Shown in pieces: positions 1 through 9,169 of a stretch of DNA of 32,000 nt; within the stretch, counting starts at the first letter, position 1, and every line of letters starts with the position of its first letter. The DNA comes from Pseudoalteromonas translucida KMM 520 (lineage in GTDB: Bacteria; Pseudomonadota; Gammaproteobacteria; Enterobacterales; Alteromonadaceae): NCBI RefSeq assembly GCF_001465295.1, contig NZ_CP011034.1, forward strand, positions 3,120,001 to 3,152,000, given 5' to 3'. The translations under genes were made by a program, and so were the position numbers. The notes beneath the pieces were generated by a model. The model was not told where the DNA came from. It made no database searches and was given only the letters and a program-made list of their open reading frames with translations.

Positions 1-601
1 GCTGCGCGCAACTCACAACCAGCATTTTTTGCGCTACTTGCTCCCCAGTTATTGGTTTATAGCGTTTTAAAAGTGGCAGACAAGTCATAATAGGTAAAAT
101 AACACTGCCTATTTTCTCAGCTACTCTAAACTGCTTACGGTTGCCTAATAATAACGACGGCTGAAAAATACTGATCCGTGCAAAAGGCAGTTGCTTAATC
201 TGCTGCTCTAGTTGCCCCTTCATTTTTAAATAAGGGCTAGTGCTGTGCGCATTTGCACCACTTGATGACACCAAGCAGTAATGTTGCACACTATTACTTG
301 CGGCTAATTGCGCGGCAATAAATTGATAATTGAAATCAACTCTTCGCTGCGCCGCAATTGAGCCGGCTTGCTTTTTAGTAGTACCTAAGCAAGAAAAAAA
401 CACATCGCCTTTAAATAGTGCAGCGTATTGAGTTAACTCATCAAACTCAATTATATGATTAACGAGTTTTGGATGACGCATGCTTAACGCGCGGCGGCTT
501 AAGGCAATCACATTAGAAAAATAGGCGCTTTGTAGTAACTTTTTTAATAACTCATTTCCTACTAACCCTGTTGCACCTATGATCACCGCCGTTTTTGTCA
601 T
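1..601 (-). CDS. NAD(P)H-binding Rossmann-fold protein (atypical SDR / NmrA-like), C-terminal part cut by the window edge
   Basis: Not in the ORF track because it runs off the window. Hand translation of the minus strand from ATG (601-599) gives MTKTAVIIGATGLVGNELLKKLLQSAYFSNVIALSRR... and stays open for 200 codons to position 1. It has a GATGxxG dinucleotide-binding motif at the N-terminus. It starts 8 nt downstream of the can stop. Confidence 0.6.
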   Translation of the reverse strand, partial: MTKTAVIIGATGLVGNELLKKLLQSAYFSNVIALSRRALSMRHPKLVNHIIEFDELTQYAALFKGDVFFSCLGTTKKQAGSIAAQRRVDFNYQFIAAQLAASNSVQHYCLVSSSGANAHSTSPYLKMKGQLEQQIKQLPFARISIFQPSLLLGNRKQFRVAEKIGSVILPIMTCLPLLKRYKPITGEQVAQKMLVVSCAQ

Positions 602-609
602 CGCGTTAA

Positions 610-1269
610 TTATCCATGGCCAAGTTTTGAAAACACATGTTGCACGGCTTTTTTATAAGTGTCGGCTTCTTCTGATGCACAAGTCACTACTGACTCTAGG
701 TCATGTAGGTGGCCATTTTCTAGGCCGTAAACCCAACCGTGAATCGATAAATTTTGTCCACGTGCCCATGCGTCTTGTACTATATTAGTACGCGCTACAT
801 TACGTACCTGCTCAATTACATTAAGCTCTATTAAACGGCTTAAACGCTCTTTTTCAGGCACTGCATTTAATTGCTCCAGGTGTTTTTCTTTTACATCACC
901 AACATGGCGCAGCCAATTATCAATAAAGCCAAAGCGGGCTTCATCTAGTACTGCTTGTACACCACCACAACCATAATGCCCCACCACCATAATGTGTTTA
1001 ACTTTTAATACTTCAACAGCATATTGCATTACCGATAAACAGTTATGATCTGTATGTACAACCACGTTTGCTACGTTACGATGTACAAATAGCTCACCGG
1101 GGAGTAAATCTACAATTTGATTGGCTGGCACACGAGAGTCGGAGCAACCAATCCATAAGTACTCTGGATTTTGCTGCATTGATAATATTTTAAAAAAGTC
1201 AGGATCTGCTTTACTGGTGCGATCTGCCCAACGTTTATTATTGTCGAATAAATTTTTTAGCTTTCTCAT
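610..1269 (-). CDS. can: beta-class carbonic anhydrase
   Basis: ORF 610..1344 trimmed to the internal Met (MRKLKNLFDNNKRWA...). The 219-aa product is colinear with E. coli Can as I remember it (WIGCSDSRVP, ELFVHRNVAN, GHYGCGG). The longer start would overlap the upstream gene, which ends at 1281. Confidence 0.9.
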   Translation of the reverse strand: MRKLKNLFDNNKRWADRTSKADPDFFKILSMQQNPEYLWIGCSDSRVPANQIVDLLPGELFVHRNVANVVVHTDHNCLSVMQYAVEVLKVKHIMVVGHYGCGGVQAVLDEARFGFIDNWLRHVGDVKEKHLEQLNAVPEKERLSRLIELNVIEQVRNVARTNIVQDAWARGQNLSIHGWVYGLENGHLHDLESVVTCASEEADTYKKAVQHVFSKLGHG

Positions 1270-1280
1270 TGCATCTCTTT

Positions 1281-2465
1281 TCAGTTCGAAGACGGATAAT
1301 TTGCCAAGATCAAAATATTGCGCGGTGTTAACTGCTTTGCGCAAAACGTTTTAATACTGACTTGATAGCCTTGTTGCTGTAAATATAAAGCACGATCGAG
1401 CACAAGCCAAACTTCTATTGCTCTTCTGAACACATGTCGAACCAGTTCAACACGGTCAGTTACTTTCATTCTGGCCTGCCCAATAAGTAAAAATTTATTA
1501 TAATCAATTTCTTGCGTTAACTTTAACGACTTTTTGTCTGCAGCCCATGCACAAAATGATTTAAATGAATCTGAAAATACCGCCTTGTTAACCGACGGCA
1601 CACTGACGTAATGTTGCTCATTAGTAATCGATTTTCGCAGGGCATCAAACCCGAGCCGCCATGCAACTTCAGTGTTACGCACTTTAACTATGCGTGAAGG
1701 CGCGGTTACCATTTCTTGAAGTGCGAGCTTTAAGTCGCGATGGGTTAAGTTAAGAGGACTTTGCTGTGCAAGCGTACTCATTGCTAGGTAATTATCTGGA
1801 GTAAATAAATGATAACAACAAGGAGAGAAACTAATGTTAGAGACTTTAGCTACACTGGCCTGCTGCATAAAAGCTTGATGTAAACCGCCGCAAGCATGTA
1901 GAGCTACTGCGTGCATATCGGCTTTAAAAAAATCAGTAATATCATCGCTTAGTACATCAGCTTGGCTAAAATGCATAGCTAAGCCTTGCTGCTTTGCACT
2001 GTGTTGCCCTTGCTCACATAACTGCGATTGCAGCTCTATACTGTGCACGCTTTTAGCACCATTAAACGCTAGCATACGCCCGAGGTGTCCTTTACCCGCG
2101 CACCATTCTAAAACAGGCTTGGTACTACTTGGTAAAGCCGATACAAAATCTTGCACCTGCTGAAATTTCCGCCCTTTAATACCGTTACTAAGCCAAAACG
2201 GATACTCACTGCGCGTTAAGTTCGCTGTTGGTAATTCACACAAATTTACCAGCTGTTCAAGTTGCTCAATATGCGGCTCAAAAAATTGATATAACTGCTC
2301 TTCATTGCCATCTAGTTGGGCAACTTGTTCATCCGTTAAATTATTTAAAGGCCCTTGTAGCTCAGGCCAAGGTAATGTATCAAAATCAAATGCGGTGCAT
2401 TGCCAATATTGGCGATTACGCATGAGGAGAGAATCAAGTGCAGAAAACTGCTCAGCTAAGGTCAT
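1281..2465 (-). CDS. SAM-dependent methyltransferase, Methyltransf_32 / METTL25-like
   Basis: 394-aa ORF with the SAM motif I-like stretch VLEWCAGKGHLGRMLA. Length and layout resemble the Methyltransf_32 family. The substrate is unknown. Confidence 0.6.
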   Translation of the reverse strand: MTLAEQFSALDSLLMRNRQYWQCTAFDFDTLPWPELQGPLNNLTDEQVAQLDGNEEQLYQFFEPHIEQLEQLVNLCELPTANLTRSEYPFWLSNGIKGRKFQQVQDFVSALPSSTKPVLEWCAGKGHLGRMLAFNGAKSVHSIELQSQLCEQGQHSAKQQGLAMHFSQADVLSDDITDFFKADMHAVALHACGGLHQAFMQQASVAKVSNISFSPCCYHLFTPDNYLAMSTLAQQSPLNLTHRDLKLALQEMVTAPSRIVKVRNTEVAWRLGFDALRKSITNEQHYVSVPSVNKAVFSDSFKSFCAWAADKKSLKLTQEIDYNKFLLIGQARMKVTDRVELVRHVFRRAIEVWLVLDRALYLQQQGYQVSIKTFCAKQLTPRNILILANYPSSN

Positions 2466-2526
2466 ATCAACTTAAAATAAATAAACACAATTAATTATAG
2501 CAGCTCAACCCACTGTCATTAAGTGG

Positions 2527-3555
2527 TTATTTTTTGAAGATTAAACGTAAATACAGCGGGATAGAAATAATGCTGATAATAATTGCTGCCAGTAACATCC
2601 ATGAAAGCTTTAATCTTTCGGGCTCCTGATACTTATATATAAAACTAGCTTTTACTTTGTCAAAATCACTTTGCTCAATACCATATAAATCAGCTATTAA
2701 GCGCCACTTTGCTATCGACATATTACCTAGGTGAGTACTGGGTACTGTAACATAACCTTTTAATACCTCGGCTTCATAAGCTAGCTGATGGGGGCTTTTA
2801 TGCGGTGCGTATTGATGAGTTACTGCTATCGCTTCATCCATATTCATCATTGCATAACGCCAACCTTTAAGGCTTGCCTGATAAAAGCTTTCTACTGTTT
2901 GCGGGTGGTTTTCTAGCATACTTTGGCTGGTAAACAAAATATCGGCGTACAGATCCATGCCGTACCTTTGTGGACAAATGAGTCTGTGAGCGATTCCTTG
3001 TTGCGCCATGTAATAAGGTAGGTCGGTTACATACACTTGCATTGCATCTACTTTATTATCAACCCATGCGCGGGTCGGATTATCACCTTCATAATGCGCT
3101 AAACGGTCAGTATTAATACCACTGCGCTGGAGCATAATTAATAACTCAGTATTCTCTCTTTTACCGCTGGTAGTGACTCGTTTAGTAATAAAGTCTCGTG
3201 CATGAAAAATATCAGAGCTGTCTTTAACCATCCAGCAATAAGGGGAAAACTGCAATATAGCAGCCATTGCCACTAAAGGTTTACCGGCAATGCGTTGCTG
3301 TAAAACACCAGAGTGACCAATGCCAAACTGCACCTCACCTCGTGCTACTGCATCAAAACTGTCGGGCATACTTAAATTGGCAGGGAGTATATTTACATCC
3401 AGCCCGACCTCTTTATAAAAGCCTTTGTGCTTGGCCATATAATAGCCGGCAAATTGAAATTGATGAGTCCATTTTAATTGTAATGTAACCGGTTCTTGCG
3501 CCTGTAACTGGCAACAAAAAAGCCCCAAAACAATGATTAGTCCTTTAATTAGCAA
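2527..3555 (-). CDS. NMT1/THI5 (SsuA/TauA/NrtA-like) periplasmic binding domain protein with N-terminal signal peptide and C-terminal transmembrane anchor
   Basis: 342-aa ORF with a TTG start preceded by GAGGGGA. It has an N-terminal hydrophobic signal (LIIVLGLFCCQLQAQE) and a central region typical of NMT1-like binding proteins (LQLKWTHQFQFAGYY...). The C-terminal hydrophobic helix LLAAIIISIISIPLYL is followed only by RLIFKK and the stop. Confidence 0.65.
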   Translation of the reverse strand: MLIKGLIIVLGLFCCQLQAQEPVTLQLKWTHQFQFAGYYMAKHKGFYKEVGLDVNILPANLSMPDSFDAVARGEVQFGIGHSGVLQQRIAGKPLVAMAAILQFSPYCWMVKDSSDIFHARDFITKRVTTSGKRENTELLIMLQRSGINTDRLAHYEGDNPTRAWVDNKVDAMQVYVTDLPYYMAQQGIAHRLICPQRYGMDLYADILFTSQSMLENHPQTVESFYQASLKGWRYAMMNMDEAIAVTHQYAPHKSPHQLAYEAEVLKGYVTVPSTHLGNMSIAKWRLIADLYGIEQSDFDKVKASFIYKYQEPERLKLSWMLLAAIIISIISIPLYLRLIFKK

Positions 3556-3571
3556 CGAGTTCCCCTCAAAG

Positions 3572-3599
3572 CATATTATTATTTATTGATAATAATATG
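3572..3599. promoter_or_regulatory. perfect 11-bp inverted repeat (CATATTATTAT-N6-ATAATAATATG) over the likely core promoter of the NMT1-like gene
   Basis: Read directly: 3572-3582 is the exact reverse complement of 3589-3599. On the minus strand it spans candidate -35 TTTACA / -10 TAATAA elements, just upstream of the Shine-Dalgarno sequence and TTG start at 3555. Confidence 0.35.
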
Positions 3600-3600
3600 T

Positions 3601-3641
3601 AAAAAACATGATAAAGCAAGCACCTCAACGAGATGCTTGCT
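3601..3641 (-). terminator. intrinsic terminator after ilvA
   Basis: The 8-bp stem AGCAAGCA / TGCTTGCT (3615-3622 with 3634-3641) is followed on the minus strand by TTTATCATGTTTTTT. It lies 12 nt after the ilvA stop. Confidence 0.45.
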
Positions 3642-3652
3642 AATAAAGAGGG

Positions 3653-5206
3653 TTATGCCGAAGCAAGTTTATCGACGTTTTTGCCCTGAGGCTGCGAGGT
3701 TAAAAACTGGGTAAAACATGGATTATTTGTTTCATCTTGTACGCTATAGCCTAAGCGATTTAAGTGCTCGTTAAACAGATCAAATTGACTTGGTTCAATT
3801 GCAAAACCTGCTAATACATTACCTGTAGAGCCACCATGATTACGATAATGAAATAAGGTAATATTCCAATTACTACCTAAGGTATCTAAAAAGCGTGCTA
3901 ATGCACCCGGGTATTCAGGAAACTCAAACTGCAATAAACGCTCATGTAATTGCTCTGGTGCTTTACCTCCAACCATATAACGCACATGTAACTTAGCGAG
4001 TTCATTATCCGATAGGTCGCAAAATTGGTAGTTGTTATTGGTTAGATCTTGCTTTAACTCTTCTAGCTCTTGTAACCCTTGGCGTAGCGCAATACCTACA
4101 AATATTTGCGCATCGCCGGGGCCTGCATAGCGATAGTTAAACTCGGTAATAGCACGCCCACCTAACGAGGCACAAAACTGTTTAAAACTGCCTTTTTCTT
4201 CATTAATGGTAACGGCTAATAGCGCTTCGTTTTTTTCGCCAAGTGCGGTGCGCTCTGCTACATAACGTAAGCGATCAAAATTTAAATTAGCCCCCGAAAG
4301 CACCGCAGCTAAATGCAGTCCTTTTAACCCCGATTGCTGACTCCACTTTTTCAGCCCGGCAGTGGCAAGCGCGCCTGAAGGCTCGGCAATGGCGCGCGTA
4401 GATACAAAAATATCTTGCATGGCGGCGCATATCTCATCACTGCTTACGGTAACGACTTCGTCGCAAAATTTTTGCGCTAATCTAAACGTTTCAGTGCCAA
4501 TAATTTTAACCGCCACACCATCGGCAAAACTACCAACTCTATCAAGCTCTACTGGTTTACCCGCTTTTAGTGCGGCTTGTAAGCAGGCACTTTCGTCGGC
4601 TTCTACCCCTATTACTTTTATATCTGGGCGCAGTGATTTTATATATACCGCCATACCAGCAAGTAAACCGCCGCCGCCAACGGGAATAAATACCGCATCA
4701 AGCTCGTTTAACTGCTGCATTAGCTCACGGGCTACTGTGCCTTGGCCTACAATTACGTCTGGGTCGTCAAATGGCGGGACAAATATACCGTTGCGTTGCT
4801 CTGTAAGTTCTAGCGCATGGGCTTTAGCGGCATCAAAATGATGACCATGTAATACCACTTCACCACCAAGTGCACGCACTGCACTTACTTTTATTTCTGG
4901 GGTGGTTACTGGCATAACTATAGTTGCCTGATGCCCTAAATGTGAGGCACTCAGCGCCACACCTTGAGCATGATTTCCTGCAGATGCAGTAATAACCACT
5001 GAGCCTTTAGGCAGTTTGTTAAGTTTATTAAATGCACCGCGTAATTTAAATGAGTACACCGGCTGCTGGTCTTCGCGTTTTAGCCACACATGGTTGCCCA
5101 GCTTAGTACTGAGCTCAGCCATTTTGCTAACTTCAGTTACTTTAGCTAGCGGCTCCATGTTTGCTTGAATAATTGCACGAAAATAATCGAGTTCTTGAGA
5201 AACCAT
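3653..5206 (-). CDS. ilvA: biosynthetic threonine dehydratase (threonine ammonia-lyase)
   Basis: 517-aa ORF with a PLP-lysine region (SFKLRGAFNKL) and a glycine loop (GGGGL). The duplicated C-terminal ACT-like regulatory region and the length are typical of IlvA. It is the last gene of the ilv operon. Confidence 0.95.
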   Translation of the reverse strand: MVSQELDYFRAIIQANMEPLAKVTEVSKMAELSTKLGNHVWLKREDQQPVYSFKLRGAFNKLNKLPKGSVVITASAGNHAQGVALSASHLGHQATIVMPVTTPEIKVSAVRALGGEVVLHGHHFDAAKAHALELTEQRNGIFVPPFDDPDVIVGQGTVARELMQQLNELDAVFIPVGGGGLLAGMAVYIKSLRPDIKVIGVEADESACLQAALKAGKPVELDRVGSFADGVAVKIIGTETFRLAQKFCDEVVTVSSDEICAAMQDIFVSTRAIAEPSGALATAGLKKWSQQSGLKGLHLAAVLSGANLNFDRLRYVAERTALGEKNEALLAVTINEEKGSFKQFCASLGGRAITEFNYRYAGPGDAQIFVGIALRQGLQELEELKQDLTNNNYQFCDLSDNELAKLHVRYMVGGKAPEQLHERLLQFEFPEYPGALARFLDTLGSNWNITLFHYRNHGGSTGNVLAGFAIEPSQFDLFNEHLNRLGYSVQDETNNPCFTQFLTSQPQGKNVDKLASA

Positions 5207-5208
5207 AA

Positions 5209-7065
5209 TTAACTAAGCGCCTCTAGTTTGGCTAAATCGCGCACTGCACCTTTATCGGCACTGGTGGCAAGTAGCGCATACGCTTTAAGCGCAGATGATA
5301 CATAACGCTGACGATCAAGCGGTTTATAAGCCTGCTTGCCACGCGCTAATTGTTTTTGTTTACGTGCTTCGAGCTCTGCATCGCTAAGCGCTAAAGTAAT
5401 TTCGCGAGTAGCAATATCAATAATTATTTTATCGCCGTTTTCAACGTAGGCAATTGCGCCACCACTAGCAGCTTCTGGTGATACATGGCCAATTGATAAG
5501 CCCGATGTGCCGCCAGAAAAACGACCATCGGTGATCAAGGCACATTTTTCTGCTAAGCCCTTTGATTTTAAGTAACTGGTTGGATAGAGCATTTCTTGCA
5601 TTCCAGGCCCGCCTTTTGGCCCTTCATAACGAATAACCACTACATCACCGGCTTTTACTTCGCCGTTTAAAATACCTTCTACCGAATCATCTTGCGACTC
5701 ATACACCACGGCAGTGCCTTCAAAATGTAGCATGTCATCAACCACACCCGCACTCTTTACAACACAGCCATCAACCGCTAAATTGCCCGACAATACGGCT
5801 AAACCGCCATCTTGACGAAAAGCGTGTTCAACACTACGAATGCAACCATGTTCGCGGTCGTTATCGCCCTCATCCCAACGGCATTCTTGGCTCATTGCTT
5901 TAGTAGTGCGAATACCCGCAGGGCCTGCACGATAAAATTTGCGAGCGGCTTCGTTAGTTGGGTCTGTTGCATCCCACTTTTTAACAAGCTCAGCCATTGT
6001 TGACCCAGCAACATGATTTACCGACATATCAACTAAGCCTGCTTTACCCAGTTCACGTACAATGGCCATCATGCCACCAGCGCGGTGTACATCTTCAATA
6101 TGATATTCTGGCGTAGCGGGTGCTACTTTACATAAAAAGGGCGTTTTACGAGATAGTGCATCAATGTGCGACATATCAAAATCAACACCTGCCTCTTGCG
6201 CCGCAGCAAGTAAATGCAATACCGTGTTTGACGAGCCGCCCATGGCTATATCTACTACCATGGCGTTCATAAAGGCTGTTTTGTTGGCAATCGCGCGTGG
6301 CAGTACTTCTTGGTTATCTTTTTGGTAATACTCGCGGCACAAATCAACAATGCGTGCGCCCGCTTCAACATAAAGCTGTTTACGGTCCTTGTGGGTTGCT
6401 AGCGTAGTGCCGTTACCCGGTAGTGCTAAACCAATGGCTTCAAGTAAACAGTTCATAGAGTTGGCAGTAAACATGCCTGAACACGAACCACAGGTAGGAC
6501 ATGCTGAGCGCTCCACTTGCTCTGAATCTGCATCACTTACCGACTCATCTGCCCCTTTAACCATGGCGTCTACCAAATCGAGTTTAATATCGATATTAGC
6601 AAGTTTAGTTTTACCGGCTTCCATCGGGCCACCCGATACAAATATAACCGGAATATTTAAACGCAGCGCTGCAAGCATCATTCCTGGGGTAATTTTGTCG
6701 CAGTTTGAAATACAGATCATCGCATCGGCGCAGTGGCCATTAACCATGTACTCAACCGAGTCGGCAATTAGGTCGCGTGATGGCAGTGAATACAGCATGC
6801 CACCATGGCCCATAGCAATACCATCATCTATCGCTATGGTGTTAAATTCTTTTGGCACGCCGCCCGCAGCGGTAATGGTTTCGCCCATCAGTTCACTCAG
6901 CTGATTAAGGTGCACATGCCCAGGTACAAATTGTGTAAATGAGTTTACAACCGCAATAATCGGCTTTCCGAAATCGCTATCTGTCATTCCTGTTGCACGC
7001 CATAATGCACGAGCACCTGCACGTTTTCGACCTTCGGTTGTTGTTGCACTTCTTAATTTTGCCAT
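5209..7065 (-). CDS. ilvD: dihydroxy-acid dehydratase
   Basis: 618-aa ORF beginning [27 protein letters not shown]. It carries the CDKITPGM and SGGPMEAGK motifs characteristic of IlvD. Confidence 0.95.
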   Translation of the reverse strand: MAKLRSATTTEGRKRAGARALWRATGMTDSDFGKPIIAVVNSFTQFVPGHVHLNQLSELMGETITAAGGVPKEFNTIAIDDGIAMGHGGMLYSLPSRDLIADSVEYMVNGHCADAMICISNCDKITPGMMLAALRLNIPVIFVSGGPMEAGKTKLANIDIKLDLVDAMVKGADESVSDADSEQVERSACPTCGSCSGMFTANSMNCLLEAIGLALPGNGTTLATHKDRKQLYVEAGARIVDLCREYYQKDNQEVLPRAIANKTAFMNAMVVDIAMGGSSNTVLHLLAAAQEAGVDFDMSHIDALSRKTPFLCKVAPATPEYHIEDVHRAGGMMAIVRELGKAGLVDMSVNHVAGSTMAELVKKWDATDPTNEAARKFYRAGPAGIRTTKAMSQECRWDEGDNDREHGCIRSVEHAFRQDGGLAVLSGNLAVDGCVVKSAGVVDDMLHFEGTAVVYESQDDSVEGILNGEVKAGDVVVIRYEGPKGGPGMQEMLYPTSYLKSKGLAEKCALITDGRFSGGTSGLSIGHVSPEAASGGAIAYVENGDKIIIDIATREITLALSDAELEARKQKQLARGKQAYKPLDRQRYVSSALKAYALLATSADKGAVRDLAKLEALS

Positions 7066-7164
7066 GGTTACCTCTGTTTTGCTGCTTTATAAGCAAGCAT
7101 TCCTCATTCTTAGTTATTGAGTAAGTTTATTAACCCACTCTGTAATTGTTTACTGCACGCACAC

Positions 7165-7407
7165 TTAAACCGCTTGTTGCTGTAAATTTTGTAAAGTAAC
7201 GGCTTTTACATCCACCAGCTTATTTAGCTGGCTGGTTAATAAGTGAATTGGCTTATCGCTGTCTACCGTCATGGTTACATGGTATTGGCCATCGTCTATA
7301 TTGAGTTGAAAATGGGTTAAGTCAAAACCACGATGACGTACTACGCGTAAAAAACGCTCTACAGCAATACTTTGATTTTTTAAGGCGATTGTTAAACTAT
7401 GTTTCAT
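7165..7407 (-). CDS. ilvM: acetolactate synthase II small (regulatory) subunit
   Basis: 80-aa ORF. LRVVRHRGF and SQLNKLVDV match the E. coli IlvM strings as I remember them. Its start overlaps the ilvG stop (ATGA at 7404-7407). Confidence 0.8.
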   Translation of the reverse strand: MKHSLTIALKNQSIAVERFLRVVRHRGFDLTHFQLNIDDGQYHVTMTVDSDKPIHLLTSQLNKLVDVKAVTLQNLQQQAV

Positions 7408-9053
7408 TGTGCTTTCCCCGTCATCATTTGATCGTTAGCTGCACCTGGCGGTACTAGCGGCCATACATTTTCTTGATTATCAATGCAGGCATGTACTATG
7501 TATGGACCTTTACTGTTAACCAGTGCGGTTATTGCATCGTCAACTTGGTTAGCATGGGTTATGGTTTGCCCTGGTATACCAAATACCGCTGCTAGCTGCA
7601 CAAAGTCAGGATTATCTGAAAGATCGGTTTCTGAGTAGCGCTCTTCAAAAAACAGCTCCTGCCATTGACGTACCATGCCTAAGCGTTGGTTATCTAAAAT
7701 AAGTATTTTTACTGGTAAATTATTACGACGAATTGTTGCCAACTCTTGAATGTTCATCATGATGGAACCATCACCCGATACCGTAATAACAAAGTCATCG
7801 GGGCGAGCTACTTGCGCACCAATTGCCGCAGGTAAACCAAAGCCCATAGTGCCTGCACCACCACTACTTAAGTGATTACTGGGATGATTAAATTTCATAT
7901 GCTGGGCCACCCACATTTGGTGCTGACCTACATCGCAGCACACTACGCCCGTTTTAGGCATACGTTGGCTTAGTTGATTAAGTAAATAAGGTGCAAATAC
8001 CTTGTCGCCCGGATAGTCGTAACGCCATGCATATTTAACCATCATTGATTTGTTATGATCGCACCATGCTTGCGGGGTTACAAAGCACTCTAGTGCAGGT
8101 AAGGACGTTTTTAAGTCAGCAATTAAAGAAGCTTTAGCTGGTTTACGCTTACCGACTTCTGCGGCGTCTATATCTAAATGAATTACTTTAGCGTTTGCAG
8201 CAAACTTAGCTAAGTTGCCGGTAACACGGTCATCAAACCGCGCCCCAATGCACACTAGTACATCACATTCTTGCACCGCTAAGTTAGCTGCTTGGCCGCC
8301 ATGCATACCTAGCATACCTAAGTAATACTCGTAATCGGGTAACACACTGCCCAGCGCTTTTAGAGTAGCAACCGCTGGCATGTGGGTTTTATTTAAAAAC
8401 TGCATCAACTGGGCTTGTGCATCTGCTGATTGGACTCCACCACCTACATAAGCCACTGGCTGTTTAGCCTCACTAAGTAATTGATTGGCAATAGCAACTT
8501 GCTTTAAATCTAGCTCTGGTAAGTACTCATCGGCTGCTAGCCAAGGCTGAAATGGCACTTGCGCCATTTGAATGTCTTTTGGAATATCTACGAGTACCGG
8601 TCCTGGGCGACCGCTTTGCGCTAAGTGCATGGCCTCTTGCAGTATTTCGGCTAAATCTTCGGCTCGCTCTACCATGTAACTGTGCTTAGTACACGACAGC
8701 GACATACCTAATACATCTATCTCCTGAAAGGCATCTGAACCAATCGCTGCAGTAGGTACTTGCCCGGTAATTGCTAATAATGGCACTGAGTCCATCATCG
8801 CATCGGCAAGAGCGGTAATTAAGTTAGTGGCACCAGGGCCTGACGTTGCAAAACACACTCCTAATTTACCCGTACTACGAGCAAAGCCTACTGCCGCAAA
8901 GCCTGCACCTTGCTCATGCCGAGTAAGGTAGTGCTTGACTGGCGCGCCATACAAAGCATCGTAAATTGGCATAATAGCTCCGCCTGGGTAGCCAAATACT
9001 TCTTTTACACCGTGTTTGGCTAATAAATCTATTGTTAATTCTGCGCCTGTCAT
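7404..9053 (-). CDS. ilvG: acetolactate synthase II large subunit (ThDP-dependent)
   Basis: The ORF aligns by eye with IlvG (GYPGGAIMPIYDAL, SGPGATNL, GGAGTMGFGLPAAIGA). I chose the start at MTGAEL (ATG 9053-9051) because GAGGAATGAGGG sits 8-14 nt upstream. The ATG at 9068 has its SD directly abutting it and is the alternative. Confidence 0.9.
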   Translation of the reverse strand: MTGAELTIDLLAKHGVKEVFGYPGGAIMPIYDALYGAPVKHYLTRHEQGAGFAAVGFARSTGKLGVCFATSGPGATNLITALADAMMDSVPLLAITGQVPTAAIGSDAFQEIDVLGMSLSCTKHSYMVERAEDLAEILQEAMHLAQSGRPGPVLVDIPKDIQMAQVPFQPWLAADEYLPELDLKQVAIANQLLSEAKQPVAYVGGGVQSADAQAQLMQFLNKTHMPAVATLKALGSVLPDYEYYLGMLGMHGGQAANLAVQECDVLVCIGARFDDRVTGNLAKFAANAKVIHLDIDAAEVGKRKPAKASLIADLKTSLPALECFVTPQAWCDHNKSMMVKYAWRYDYPGDKVFAPYLLNQLSQRMPKTGVVCCDVGQHQMWVAQHMKFNHPSNHLSSGGAGTMGFGLPAAIGAQVARPDDFVITVSGDGSIMMNIQELATIRRNNLPVKILILDNQRLGMVRQWQELFFEERYSETDLSDNPDFVQLAAVFGIPGQTITHANQVDDAITALVNSKGPYIVHACIDNQENVWPLVPPGAANDQMMTGKAQ

Positions 9054-9103
9054 TAATAAAACCCTCATTCCTCAGTGACAATTCAATCACATATTTTGCC
9101 GCT

Positions 9104-9142
9104 AAAACCAAAAAGCCCCCCGAACGGTTAAGTGCGGAGGGC
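9104..9142 (-). terminator. ilv attenuator (leader terminator)
   Basis: The minus strand reads GCCCTCCG-CACTTAACCGTT-CGGGGGGC followed by TTTTTGGTTTT. It lies between the leader peptide stop (9170) and the ilvG start. The 5' arm can alternatively pair with GAGGGCTT inside the leader ORF. Confidence 0.7.
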
Positions 9143-9169
9143 TTTTAAATGCTTAAGTTTTTTAAAGCA

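Noticed and set aside
610-1344. Longer N-terminal extensions offered by the ORF track for can (to 1344), ilvG (9068), rph (29101), yicC (29151), the COG1368 gene (TTG 11608) and the kinase (GTG 14306)
   Set aside because: Colinearity with the E. coli homologues as I remember them, the positions of SD sequences, and overlap with upstream genes all favour the internal starts listed in features. The extensions add non-conserved residues.
579-1354. Plus-strand ORFs 579..788 and 1121..1354
   Set aside because: They are antisense to the NAD(P)H-binding gene start, can, and the methyltransferase end. They have no motifs and are shadow ORFs.
4362-6904. Long plus-strand ORFs antisense to ilvA and ilvD (4362..4841, 5812..6003, 6389..6904)
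   Set aside because: They lie entirely opposite genes with unmistakable homology. Their products are low-complexity Ser/Ala/Pro-rich strings with no start context. This is typical of shadow ORFs.
8914-9111. 65-aa minus-strand ORF overlapping the ilvG start and the attenuator
   Set aside because: It is out of frame with ilvG and begins inside the terminator U-tract region. It is better explained as chance, given the real leader peptide further upstream.
9152-9157. Another CTTAAG hexamer inside the ilv leader
   Set aside because: It is a single copy with no partner at 11-bp spacing. It sits within the attenuator RNA, so it is not a credible response-regulator site.
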